NCBI GenBank assembly: GCA_963674945.2
Contig: CAXXWQ010000003.1
Coordinates: forward strand, 224,001-288,000
Direction of reading: 5' to 3'
Length of the DNA stretch: 64,000 bases
Source of the DNA: an uncultured Desulfosarcina sp.
GTDB taxonomy: Bacteria > Desulfobacterota > Desulfobacteria > Desulfobacterales > Desulfosarcinaceae
A model generated the notes under the pieces. It had not been told where the DNA came from. It searched no databases and worked only from the letters and a program-made list of their open reading frames with translations. Positions 47,038 to 56,819 of this stretch are shown here, in pieces; positions within the stretch are counted from its first letter, which is position 1; each line of letters starts with the position of its first letter. A program made the position numbers and the translations under genes.

Positions 47038-48480
47038 TTATAGATCCCAAATTCCTGGATTCATGATGTTATTCGGGTCGAATGCCTTTTTAAGCTTTCT
47101 CATGAAATCGAAACGCTCTTTGGGCCAGAATTTGGCCATCATTCGCGTCCCCCAGCCCTGATGACAATCCGGGTACCATCCGTTGGAACATGCAAATTCG
47201 GTAGCATCCAAGAAGAGTTGCTGCATTACTTGTCGCGCGTGCGGGTCCTCTCCCTTGGTCCATACGGGCATGGAAACGATCCAGGCGGCCGAACCGGTGG
47301 GAATCATGGTCTCGTTGGAATTGAACGCGACACCTTCCTTGTTGAGCCTGTCGTAGATAAAGTCTCTCATCCCTTGATGGCACGCCGCCACCTGAGAACG
47401 GGCGATATAATACTCAAAAAACGCCCATGTACCCAGGCTGCCGAATTCACCCATCTCCCGGTGTCGCTGCCCATCGAGGGATTGTTTCTTCCAGTCTTCC
47501 GCCGCCGCATGCGTGGCTTCTTCAATTGAATGTTTCGACGCCAGGTCTTTAATGATCTCCAATTTGGCGTCCGTCTCTTTTTGCGTGGTTCCTTTGGCGA
47601 TAATGATGCACATGTGTTTTTTCATGCCCATCATTTCCTGGAATATCTTCACCGGCACGATGATCGCCATGCAGTAATAAGGAAGCGGTTCGACAACACT
47701 CAGCTCCCGGCAGTAATCGTATGCCTGATCCCAACTGTCGCAGTCGAAAGCCAGCGGTACTCTTATGGGAGTATCCTTATACATGCGATACGTGGCTTCC
47801 ACCTTGATCCCGAATGTGCCGGCATCGCCGATAAACATCCCGGTAAGATCCGGGTTTCCCGGATAACGATCGTAGATCATATCGCAGTGAACGTTGCTCC
47901 CCGCACCGGCGCCGGTTTGTACGATCGATCCATCGGGAAGAACCACCTTCACGCCGGGAATATGCGTGGCGTTAAATCCTGCGACAAACAATTCCATTCC
48001 GCCGCCACCGCCGGCAAAACCGGCGATTTGCCCGCCAAGCGTGTCCGGATAAAAGGGTTGAAACGCAGTATGGACATCCCATCCCCGATCCCAAATATAG
48101 GTGGAGAATTCGGATGTGGTCATGCCGGCTTCGGCGGTGACCGTCAGATTGTACTCGTCGAAGTTCAGCATCTTGTTCATGCGCGTCATGTCGACCACGA
48201 TGCCTTTTCCATGCAGCCCCTTGGGAGTGCCGTAGAAAGATGCCCTTCCCCCGCTGGGCACGATGGGAATCTTGGTAGCGTTGGCCAGTTTTACGATATC
48301 CACGACCTCGTCCGTGCATGAGGGACGTACCACGATCCCCTGCTTGTTCGGTGGTAGCGGACTGGTATCCCTGCTATAGGTCTCCAACACCACATCTTCG
48401 TCAGTGACATATTTAGGGCCGACGATTCCTCCCAGATCATAGTACAATGGGTGATGTGCTTTCCGAACGACGACAGCCAT
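47038..48480 (-). CDS. FAD-linked oxidoreductase (GlcD/VAO-PCMH family), module 1
   Basis: RPSCTDEV, PSGG, TLGG, PDLTGMFIGDAGTFGI and FDPNNIMNPG motifs; ATG 48480 after AAGGAGG. Confidence 0.9.
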   Translation of the reverse strand: MAVVVRKAHHPLYYDLGGIVGPKYVTDEDVVLETYSRDTSPLPPNKQGIVVRPSCTDEVVDIVKLANATKIPIVPSGGRASFYGTPKGLHGKGIVVDMTRMNKMLNFDEYNLTVTAEAGMTTSEFSTYIWDRGWDVHTAFQPFYPDTLGGQIAGFAGGGGGMELFVAGFNATHIPGVKVVLPDGSIVQTGAGAGSNVHCDMIYDRYPGNPDLTGMFIGDAGTFGIKVEATYRMYKDTPIRVPLAFDCDSWDQAYDYCRELSVVEPLPYYCMAIIVPVKIFQEMMGMKKHMCIIIAKGTTQKETDAKLEIIKDLASKHSIEEATHAAAEDWKKQSLDGQRHREMGEFGSLGTWAFFEYYIARSQVAACHQGMRDFIYDRLNKEGVAFNSNETMIPTGSAAWIVSMPVWTKGEDPHARQVMQQLFLDATEFACSNGWYPDCHQGWGTRMMAKFWPKERFDFMRKLKKAFDPNNIMNPGIWDL

Positions 48481-49285
48481 TCTAAACCTCCTTGTGCAAA
48501 AGTTACTTTTTTGAAAGCGCTGATTGGAACGATAAATGAAATTCAGTTTGCTGATTATTTGTCCTACGCCAACATTCACTGTATCTAAGGGTTACACGAG
48601 GTTCACCGGAAGCTTACCGATGGCATTTGATTTCAACTCCATAGTATTGGAAACCGAATGGGTGAATCATCAGAAAATCTTTTCTCGGCAAAAAGTGGTC
48701 GGCGACCTTTCTCAAAGGTCGCAACAATCGAAAAGGCATCATTTTCTGCTTGATTGCGCAACACCACAGTCGTGCGAAACATTGCCCCTTTCCGGTTTGC
48801 CTTTATCCCCCATGGTTCTGAGTAGATTCAATCCAAGGGTGGCGGGCAGAAGTCAGCTCAATTTTCGCCAATTCGTTTTGTAAATAAAAACGATTCATTC
48901 TCAAAGCCAACACTATACAATCGTATATGGCCATGTCAAGTTATTATGTCAATCTTTTTCTTATTTTTTTTGGCATTTTTCATTTTTAACAAATTTTCAA
49001 TCTATTATTGACAATTTTATATTTTTATTATTGTCATATTGTAATCTTCTACTAACCAATTTATCGTTAATAGCAATTGACACACCATATTTATTGCCAT
49101 TTTTAAATTTTTTCACTATTTTTGATGTTTTTTTACATGTTTATTCGAATTTATTTTGTCATTTTTAATTAGTTAGATGAGCTTTATTGAATAAAAGATG
49201 GCAGTTATGGTATAGGAATTTTTTACATTTCACGACACACGACAATTGATTCAAACTGTATTATCACGGAGGTTTATAAAATATA

Positions 49286-50218
49286 GTGCAACTCGATAAA
49301 GTTGATCTCATGATTATGGAAGAATTGAAGGAGGATGTAAGACAGCCCGTTCACGCACTGGCAAAAAAGCTGGGGATGAAACGAACAACCGTTACGTATC
49401 GGTTGAACAGGCTTAGATCCGAAGGTATTCTGAGAATCGCTTGTGTCGGTGACCCTGAACTTCTAGGATATCAATTTCTGCTTTTAATCGGGATCAACGT
49501 TACCCCTGGCAAGGTTGACAATGTGATCAATGAATTGGTCTGCCTGCCGGCAGTTGTCGTCGTAACCCTTACCGCTGGCAGGTACAACATTTTGGCGTGG
49601 GCTCTTTTGCGCGATCGTCCATCTTTTGCGAACTTGGTATCGGAGCATCTGACGAAGATACCTCATGTTCTGTCTCTCGATCTCATGCACTCTTTTCAAT
49701 GGATTAGAGATGATTTGAATTATTTCAAATCTCAAGTCGGCGATGTTCGCAAACCTCCGGAATATAGTCCCAGCGACACAGACTTGGCCATCGTTCGGGC
49801 CATGGAGATTGATCCCCGGCAAACTGTCGCAGCATTGGCAAAAACCGTTGGCTGCAGCAGATCCGTTGCAAAGAGAAGATTGGACAGCCTCGTGTCCGAT
49901 GGTATCATCAGGTTTGTCAGTCTTGTTGATCCAAAAGGATTGAAATACGAAATATGGGTAGTTATTTTGGTTAAATCGCAACCTGATAAACAGTATGCTG
50001 TGGCGAAAGAGCTGTCAATGCAAAGTACTTCCACTCATGTCAGCCTGATCACAGGTCAATGGCATATATTCGTAGCAGCGCGGTTTAAAAAAAATGAAGA
50101 AATGTACAATTTTATGTCGAATACACTGTCTTCAATTCCCGGCATTCTGGAGTTCGAGGTTATTCACCTATTAAAAATTCCGAAATACTCATTTAGTAGC
50201 TTTCTCGATTCGAATTAA
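49286..50218 (+). CDS. Double-domain Lrp/AsnC-family regulator (paralog 2)
   Basis: Long shared stretches with 20944..21885 (GMKRTTV.YRLNRL, VVTLTAGRYNI.AWALLRDR, HVSLITGQW); GTG start. Confidence 0.88.
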   Translation: MQLDKVDLMIMEELKEDVRQPVHALAKKLGMKRTTVTYRLNRLRSEGILRIACVGDPELLGYQFLLLIGINVTPGKVDNVINELVCLPAVVVVTLTAGRYNILAWALLRDRPSFANLVSEHLTKIPHVLSLDLMHSFQWIRDDLNYFKSQVGDVRKPPEYSPSDTDLAIVRAMEIDPRQTVAALAKTVGCSRSVAKRRLDSLVSDGIIRFVSLVDPKGLKYEIWVVILVKSQPDKQYAVAKELSMQSTSTHVSLITGQWHIFVAARFKKNEEMYNFMSNTLSSIPGILEFEVIHLLKIPKYSFSSFLDSN

Positions 50219-50232
50219 CCGAGATACAAATA

Positions 50233-51102
50233 TTACTTTTGCTCAGCCATCTTGTGTAGCCTCTGATAAGCGATTTGTCCACCGTCAATGGTTACATCGA
50301 TTCCTGATAAAAAGGAAGCTTTATCGCTCAGCAAAAATTCAATAACATTAGCCATTTCCATGGGAGTCCCCATCCTTTTGAGAGGCGTATATGTATTCAC
50401 CATATCATCCATTCTTCCTCCGGTTTTGATAGACCTCTCCAATTCGGCACGGCTGCCTTCTGTGTCAGCGATTCCAGGCGATATGCAGTTCACTCTGATC
50501 TTATTTTCTTCCCCGAATTGTACTGCATACTTCCGAGTCATCAGGTGGATACCTCTTTTGGATATCGGGTATGCCAAGTTGCAAGCCATTTCCTCACCCA
50601 TTGACAAGATGATGGGCTTGAGTTTTTCTACAACATCAGGGTCGGTATCTGTTGCGTATAATATATCATCGATTTTCTCGAGCATCTCCCTTTTTATCAT
50701 GTATGGTGAGGAAGATCCGAAGAGCACCATGGATGAACCTGCTTCCATGACCGTAGCAAATGCTTGCACGAGGCTGTTCACGCCTACCAGACTGACGTCC
50801 ATAATCAACTTCCAGCGCCCGCAGGCCGGTGTCATGCCGGTTACCGCAACAAGCCCGGTAATTGTGCCGGCAGCAACAGCTGTCTTCACCAGATTGTGGA
50901 TGTCTTCTTTCCGCAAGACGTCACAAACCTGAGCAATAACATCAATGTTCTTTTCATTCATATAAGCGATGCCGTCATCGACCTCTTTTTGGTTTGCTCC
51001 GGTCATAACTACTTTGTAACGCTGTGACAACAGTTCTGAAACTGCAATTCCGATTCCACCGACTTTGGCACCGCCGGCGATAACAACCACATTATTATCC
51101 AT
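50233..51102 (-). CDS. SDR-family oxidoreductase (atypical)
   Basis: VVIAGG..GGIG, YPISK, RVNCISPG and IDGG motifs. Confidence 0.85.
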   Translation of the reverse strand: MDNNVVVIAGGAKVGGIGIAVSELLSQRYKVVMTGANQKEVDDGIAYMNEKNIDVIAQVCDVLRKEDIHNLVKTAVAAGTITGLVAVTGMTPACGRWKLIMDVSLVGVNSLVQAFATVMEAGSSMVLFGSSSPYMIKREMLEKIDDILYATDTDPDVVEKLKPIILSMGEEMACNLAYPISKRGIHLMTRKYAVQFGEENKIRVNCISPGIADTEGSRAELERSIKTGGRMDDMVNTYTPLKRMGTPMEMANVIEFLLSDKASFLSGIDVTIDGGQIAYQRLHKMAEQK

Positions 51103-51143
51103 GTTTTACCTCATTCAATCGTTTTACGCCGTATTACCGGTCC

Positions 51144-51944
51144 TTACAGTAGAGTGCGGCCACCATCAACCGGGAAAAACGTGCCGGTCATGTAATCGGA
51201 AGCCCTGCTGACCAAAAAGAGCACTACCGTTGCGATTTCGTCCGGCTCGGCAAAGCGGAACCAGGGTACCTCCAGGGTCCAGCAATTCATGACCGGGTAC
51301 TCAAACTCCTTGTAGACATTCTGCATTTCTTCGATCCCCGCCATTACTCCCGGGGTGATGGAAGCCCCTGCGGCGATGGCGTTGACCTGTATATTGTAAG
51401 GTGCCAGTTCAAGCGCAAGGGCTTGCGTGAGTGCAGCGATCCCCCCTTTGGAGGCATCATAGTGAGCACAGAATCCATGTGGCCGCATGCCACCAACCGA
51501 TGATATGTTGACGATCTTACCGCCATTTCCTCCTTTTTTCATAACCTCGCAGGCAGCTTGTGAAAAGAAAAACATCGATTTGAGGTTGGTATCGATGATC
51601 TTGTCCCACTGATCTTCGGTGATTTTCGACATTTGGTTGTAAAGGCGAATACCTGCAACGTTGACCAGTATTTCGATGCTGCCAAAAGCCTCCATTGTGG
51701 CTGCGGCTACTTTTTCTGCGTTGGCTGTTGTTGCTACATCCGCCTGAATGGCTTGCGCTTTTCCTCCGGCAGCCTTGATTTCATTCACAACCTGTTCTGC
51801 TGATCCCAAACTTCTATTGGCGATCATAACGCCAGCACCGGCTTCCCCCAGTCTCAATGCGATGGCCTTTCCATAACCCGATCCTCCCCCTGTCACGATG
51901 GCGCCTTTTCCGGTGAGGTCAAATAATTCTTGAATCGATTTCAT
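51144..51944 (-). CDS. SDR-family oxidoreductase
   Basis: TGGGSGYG, NVAG, NISS and YDASK motifs; ATG 51944 (TTG 51950 alternative). Confidence 0.9.
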   Translation of the reverse strand: MKSIQELFDLTGKGAIVTGGGSGYGKAIALRLGEAGAGVMIANRSLGSAEQVVNEIKAAGGKAQAIQADVATTANAEKVAAATMEAFGSIEILVNVAGIRLYNQMSKITEDQWDKIIDTNLKSMFFFSQAACEVMKKGGNGGKIVNISSVGGMRPHGFCAHYDASKGGIAALTQALALELAPYNIQVNAIAAGASITPGVMAGIEEMQNVYKEFEYPVMNCWTLEVPWFRFAEPDEIATVVLFLVSRASDYMTGTFFPVDGGRTLL

Positions 51945-52265
51945 ACTCAAGTGCTACCTCGTTTATGATTTGCTTTGCACTACGATTATTTGGATGCGAG
52001 TTCCTGGATTGCGCGCGTTTTGCATTTGCCATGAATCGGCTTCTGTCAAAGGTTGATATGCCGTCGACGGAAAAAGGGCAACCTGATTATGAAGTTGGCG
52101 CCCTTTTTTGCTAATGCGTCAATGTCTATTGAAGATATACGAATTTCAATTTATTTTGGACAGCAGCGATTGTATATACCATTGTCAGGCCCTCGGGCGT
52201 ATCAACCAAGTTACGAACGCTTTGCGCCTGATTCGTTTTCCGAGCCTCGCTTCCAGAGCATGGTG

Positions 52266-53285
52266 CTACTCCATGTGCACCAGCACCTTAATTCCCTCAT
52301 CCGGGGTTGTGGCGGCTTCAAATGCAGCGGTGATTTCAGATAACGGAAAATGATGCGTCACCATCTGCCTTGGATCCGCCTTACCTTCTCGCATAAATCC
52401 CATCACCTGCTCGTATTCAATATCATAGCCGCTGGAACCCTGAATGGTTAATTGTTTTGACATCACAACAATCGGATTAAACGAAATCTCTTTTTTATGA
52501 ACGCCAACGACGACAATCCTTGCCAGGTGTTTTGTGTATATCATCATCGTATCCAAAAGGATTTGCCCCACACCGGCAGCATCGATATACAGGTCCGTAT
52601 TGGAAAATGTCTCTCTGCGTGTGGCCACTTCACCGTGACACGCCTTCAAAAATTCCAGCAGATCTCCGTCTTTCTGAGGATTAAAGGTATGGGAAGCCCC
52701 CATTTCCATGGCCTTGGCCAATCGAAACGCCGAGATGTCGGAAACAGCAACATCTTTACATCCTAAGGCAATCAGACCGGCAAGAGCAGAGAGACCAATG
52801 GGGCCTGCCCCATAGATGAGCGCTTTGTCACTTGGTTTTGCCCGACCCGAATTAACACCGTGCATCCCCACGGAGAATGGTTCGACAAGGGCACCTTGGT
52901 CAAAACTCAGATCATCCGGCAAAAGATAGAGATTGTGCCCAAGCTTTGCGTCGTGAATCTTTGCATATTCAGAAAACCCGCAAGCCATGCAGGCAAAATC
53001 GCGCCCATAGGGATGGATAAACATCGGCTGCACAACGACTCTCATTCCCTCGGCAATACCCTCGACTTCGCTGCCAACCTGATGAACGATTCCTGAATAT
53101 TCATGACCAAATTCAAATCCAGGTGCAATCCCGGTCTTCATCCCGTCTACCAGATAGGCGAAGGTATCTGAACCGCATATGCCACCGGTAATAACTTTAA
53201 CCAATGCGTCTTTGGGGCCGATCTCCGGCATCGGTTTCTCTTCGATTCGGATATCCTTTGGGCCATGATAGACTGCTGCTTTCAT
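52266..53285 (-). CDS. Zn-dependent medium-chain dehydrogenase
   Basis: GICGSD, GHE and GAGPIG motifs; lacks the four-Cys structural Zn loop. Confidence 0.9.
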   Translation of the reverse strand: MKAAVYHGPKDIRIEEKPMPEIGPKDALVKVITGGICGSDTFAYLVDGMKTGIAPGFEFGHEYSGIVHQVGSEVEGIAEGMRVVVQPMFIHPYGRDFACMACGFSEYAKIHDAKLGHNLYLLPDDLSFDQGALVEPFSVGMHGVNSGRAKPSDKALIYGAGPIGLSALAGLIALGCKDVAVSDISAFRLAKAMEMGASHTFNPQKDGDLLEFLKACHGEVATRRETFSNTDLYIDAAGVGQILLDTMMIYTKHLARIVVVGVHKKEISFNPIVVMSKQLTIQGSSGYDIEYEQVMGFMREGKADPRQMVTHHFPLSEITAAFEAATTPDEGIKVLVHME

Positions 53286-53311
53286 ACAAAATCCTCCTTG
53301 AAATGATCAAC

Positions 53312-53349
53312 AGCCGGGCATTTGCCATTTTTTTCGCAAATACCCGGCT
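53312..53349 (-). other. Intergenic hairpin within the operon
   Basis: Minus strand AGCCGGGUAUUUGC...GCAAAUGCCCGGCU, with a U-G wobble that pairs only on the minus strand. Confidence 0.5.
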
Positions 53350-53358
53350 ACGATCCGT

Positions 53359-53895
53359 TTAGAGATCTTCTTCGGCGATGATTTCGACCACCTTCTCCGC
53401 CGTCTTGCCCGTAACAACTTTGCATTTGTCATGAAGACCCGCCGCCGCCTTCCGCAACCCATCTATGTCGGACATCAACTGAGTAAAAAATTCTTCAGGA
53501 ATCGTATCAGCAGGGGCGTCCATCCCCATCTGGATTTTTCGGCAGACAGTGGTGCCGAATTCCTTCTCGAACCATGTCAATAGCTTGTAGGCCGGCATAA
53601 TGCCCTTAACGATACCGGGTATTTCCTCTTTTATATCCTCACGGCCACGACGAAGTCCCAGTATCATAAGTCCCGCTGCGAGCGCGCCACAGAACTTGCC
53701 GTTAAATGCCATCCCGCCACAAAGGTTGCTCGCCGACAGAAACACCTTTTCGTCCTCCATCCCCAGCGTTTCCTGCAGGGCGAGAAGGGTCGCCTGCGCA
53801 CAACCGCCATACTCAAATTCGTATCGCGCCGCCTTTTCCCGCGCCTCTTCTTTGAGCTTATCAACATCCATCTTCGCCATTTCTTTGTCCTCCAT
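53359..53895 (-). CDS. C-GCAxxG-C-C family protein
   Basis: GGCAQA...GG.....FCGAL...TVCRKI...DKC pattern. Confidence 0.85.
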   Translation of the reverse strand: MEDKEMAKMDVDKLKEEAREKAARYEFEYGGCAQATLLALQETLGMEDEKVFLSASNLCGGMAFNGKFCGALAAGLMILGLRRGREDIKEEIPGIVKGIMPAYKLLTWFEKEFGTTVCRKIQMGMDAPADTIPEEFFTQLMSDIDGLRKAAAGLHDKCKVVTGKTAEKVVEIIAEEDL

Positions 53896-53916
53896 TTCTC
53901 TTTGTCATCGATATCA

Positions 53917-54984
53917 CTATTCTCCAGGCAGCTTTTTCCCGTCGGTTTCAACCAACTCCCAGTGGTATCCGAAGAGTTCTTCACTATCGAGATAGGCAAT
54001 GCCGAATGGATACTCAAATCCGGCGATGCTGGCTTCAAGGTTGTTTCCTCTCGCCTTCAATCGGGTAAGCTCGGCATCTACATTTGCCACACGGCATCCG
54101 ATGTGTTGTATCCGCATAACGTTACGCTTTTTCACAAATTCGCCGTAGACACTCTCACCTTTTGTCGGCTCCATAAATTCAAAGCGGATCGGACCGGCTT
54201 TATAGTATGCCAATGCCTGCGTGCCGTCCACTTGTCTGCCGCGGATGTAGTGGTACGGCAGGGGATAGTCCCTTGTCGTGGAATAGTCTTCCGCAGGGGG
54301 CAATGTCATGTACGGCTTCCATCCGAAAACCTTATCGACCGTCTCCATGGCCTTGATTATGTCGGGTACGGCCACGGTGATCTCGAATACATGAGGACCA
54401 CTGTTCACAAACTGGTAGTCCCGGCTGGTTTCCGGAACGGGATCATTCGGGGTCGTTCCCGGCATGGGGCCGTTGGCTTCAACCAGTTCAAAGTGGAAGC
54501 CGAACAGCTCCTCCGTATCCAGATAGGCAATACTGAAAGGATATTCATGTCCGCAAAGGGTCGCCTGCACGTTGATGCCCCTTTCTTTCAGCGCGGCAAG
54601 TTCGGCCTCCAGATTTGACACGCGACATCCCACGTGTTGGATGCGCATCGCGTTATGCCTTTTGGCAAATTCGCCGTAGATGCTCTCTCCGTCTGTCCCC
54701 TCCGTGAATTCAAACCGGATCGGACCGGCTTTGTAGTAAGCAAGCGCATTGGTGCCTTTCACTTCCTTTCCTTTAAATACATGATGCGGAAGAGGATAGC
54801 TTCGGGTCGTTTCATAATCTTCCACCGGTGGCATCGTACTGTACGGGACCCACCCATACTGCTTCTCCACCGTCTCCATGGCCTTTGGAAGATCGGGGAC
54901 GGCCACGGTGATCTCAAATACGTGGGGTCCGGATCCTACAAATTTGTATTCCTGTTCTCCATAATGCTTCGTAAAATCAACCAT
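53917..54984 (-). CDS. VOC-family (methylmalonyl-CoA epimerase-like) protein with two tandem full-length repeats
   Basis: Two ~165-aa repeats (SGPHVFEITVAVPD...IRFEF...IQH.GCRV...IAYLD.EELFG.H.ELVE); ATG 54984. Confidence 0.8.
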   Translation of the reverse strand: MVDFTKHYGEQEYKFVGSGPHVFEITVAVPDLPKAMETVEKQYGWVPYSTMPPVEDYETTRSYPLPHHVFKGKEVKGTNALAYYKAGPIRFEFTEGTDGESIYGEFAKRHNAMRIQHVGCRVSNLEAELAALKERGINVQATLCGHEYPFSIAYLDTEELFGFHFELVEANGPMPGTTPNDPVPETSRDYQFVNSGPHVFEITVAVPDIIKAMETVDKVFGWKPYMTLPPAEDYSTTRDYPLPYHYIRGRQVDGTQALAYYKAGPIRFEFMEPTKGESVYGEFVKKRNVMRIQHIGCRVANVDAELTRLKARGNNLEASIAGFEYPFGIAYLDSEELFGYHWELVETDGKKLPGE

Positions 54985-55192
54985 TTTTACAGCCTCCCCA
55001 GCCTTTTCACATTGAAATATGATTTGACCCAAGGCAAGCATTCGGCCTTCAACGATTATCCGAAAACTTTTTTCCGTTGGGCATCTGTCCGTGATTCAAT
55101 GTTCACCTATTGGTTTCAACGAGAAACTTCAGCAACTCTTTACATGATGCGGCCAATCGTTCAATTTGGGTTGGATTTCAAAGATCCGTCCA

Positions 55193-55669
55193 CTAGGCGC
55201 CCATCACCGCTTTCATTTGGCTGTTAAGCAACTCCAGCATAACGCCGCCAACCTGATCGGTGTTCAGATAGGCAAATATCGTCCCCATGCCTTCTACTTT
55301 CTTTGAGAAAACCGGTTCAATGCCATCCTTGGCCAGCTCGGCGATCGTGCCGTCGACATCGTCAACGGTACACCGCAAATGCTGCAGACCTTCGCCTTTC
55401 TCCCGAAGAAATTCGGAATGGGGGGTTTCTCCTTCCAGAACCTGAATCAGTTCGAGTTCCAGTTCACCAATTTTGGCAAAAGCCAGCTTCAGACGACAGT
55501 CTTGCGTTTTTCCTTTGAAGGTATATCCCTCCATGGGAACATCCTCCATGACCTTAAAAGGTCCCCAGCCCAGGCGCTGGTAAAACGCTATGGCTTTGTC
55601 CACGTCTTTTACGACTACCCCAACATGATCCACCGGTGGTAATTTCACCCCTGATTCCTGATCCGCCAT
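55193..55669 (-). CDS. VOC-family protein (methylmalonyl-CoA epimerase-like)
   Basis: VDHVGVVV, ELELIQ, GEGLQH and GGVMLELL motifs; ATG 55669. Confidence 0.88.
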   Translation of the reverse strand: MADQESGVKLPPVDHVGVVVKDVDKAIAFYQRLGWGPFKVMEDVPMEGYTFKGKTQDCRLKLAFAKIGELELELIQVLEGETPHSEFLREKGEGLQHLRCTVDDVDGTIAELAKDGIEPVFSKKVEGMGTIFAYLNTDQVGGVMLELLNSQMKAVMGA

Positions 55670-55850
55670 CTCTTCCTCCTTTTCTGTTTGCTTTTTCACA
55701 ACTCCAGATTTACCATCTTACGGTTAATGTGCGAATTTAACTGTTAAATGAAATTACTGTGTAAGTAATCTTCTTCACACCCATTTTATTTTCGCGCTGG
55801 AAGAACGGTGGGCCTGTTCCTATCCCCTGGCAGTTACGATCCTTCTCCTT

Positions 55851-56366
55851 TTAGACACCAAAGTCGTTTTCAATACCCAACGCAAGCTTATCTAACAGCA
55901 AATTGAAAATGATGGTTTCTTCCATAGTCAATTTACTGAAACAAGGTTTCAATCTGGCGGCAATGATCTCCTTTGATATTTCTTGAAATTTTTTGCCGGC
56001 ATCCGTAATCCTGATTTTAATAACACGCTTATCATTGGGATCTCGCAATCGCTCTGCCAAACCATTCTCGACCCACCAACTGACCAGGCGATTTGTTGTT
56101 GCCGGGGGTAAACGAAGCTCTTTTGTCAACCGTCCCATGGCAACGGCGTCTCCCCTGTCAAGAATATCGCTCATAGCAGAAAAAGCGATTGGCCCGGCGA
56201 TCCTTCCAGCACCTAGTGTGATTTCCCCCAGCTTTTTCTCTGCTTCGGCACTGCTACTGTGCATTTCAGCGGCAACCTGATAAAGCAGCTTTTTAAAATT
56301 TCCAACGAAATGCCGGATCTCTCCTGTCAGCCTACCCCCCTGTTTTTCTTCGCTTTCCATGCCCAT
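55851..56366 (-). CDS. MarR-family transcriptional regulator
   Basis: ATTNRLV..WVENGLAER..DPNDKRV..IRITDAG. Confidence 0.82.
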   Translation of the reverse strand: MGMESEEKQGGRLTGEIRHFVGNFKKLLYQVAAEMHSSSAEAEKKLGEITLGAGRIAGPIAFSAMSDILDRGDAVAMGRLTKELRLPPATTNRLVSWWVENGLAERLRDPNDKRVIKIRITDAGKKFQEISKEIIAARLKPCFSKLTMEETIIFNLLLDKLALGIENDFGV

Positions 56367-56819
56367 ATTTGTTTCCGTTATGGAATTACTTTTTCACGCG
56401 AATGCGCATTTATTCGATAAATAAGCGACTATTCTGGGGTTTTTGGTGTTTTAATCGCTCTTTTTGTTTCCGTTTTGAAATTTATTTTCACACTTATTGG
56501 CATTTGTCAATAAAAAGATCTTTAGCGATTCAAGTGGCTGCAAAAAACAGGATACACCTTCAGGAAACGAATCCCAAAAAATAGAATTTCATGGGAAAGC
56601 TGCTGGAATTATTTAAAAAGTCAAATTCGATGGCTGGATAAAGAGAACAAGAAGCGTTTTTTATCATGAATTGGTGTTGCCGAGGATACCACCCTCTCAT
56701 ACAAGTCAATGGTGATTTCCAAAAACAGGTCGAGATCAATATCGTATTTACAATTTGTACACCGCCACACCATTGGAAACAGTACTGCAGACGGGTGGAT
56801 TATCAGGGAGTGGCGGATA

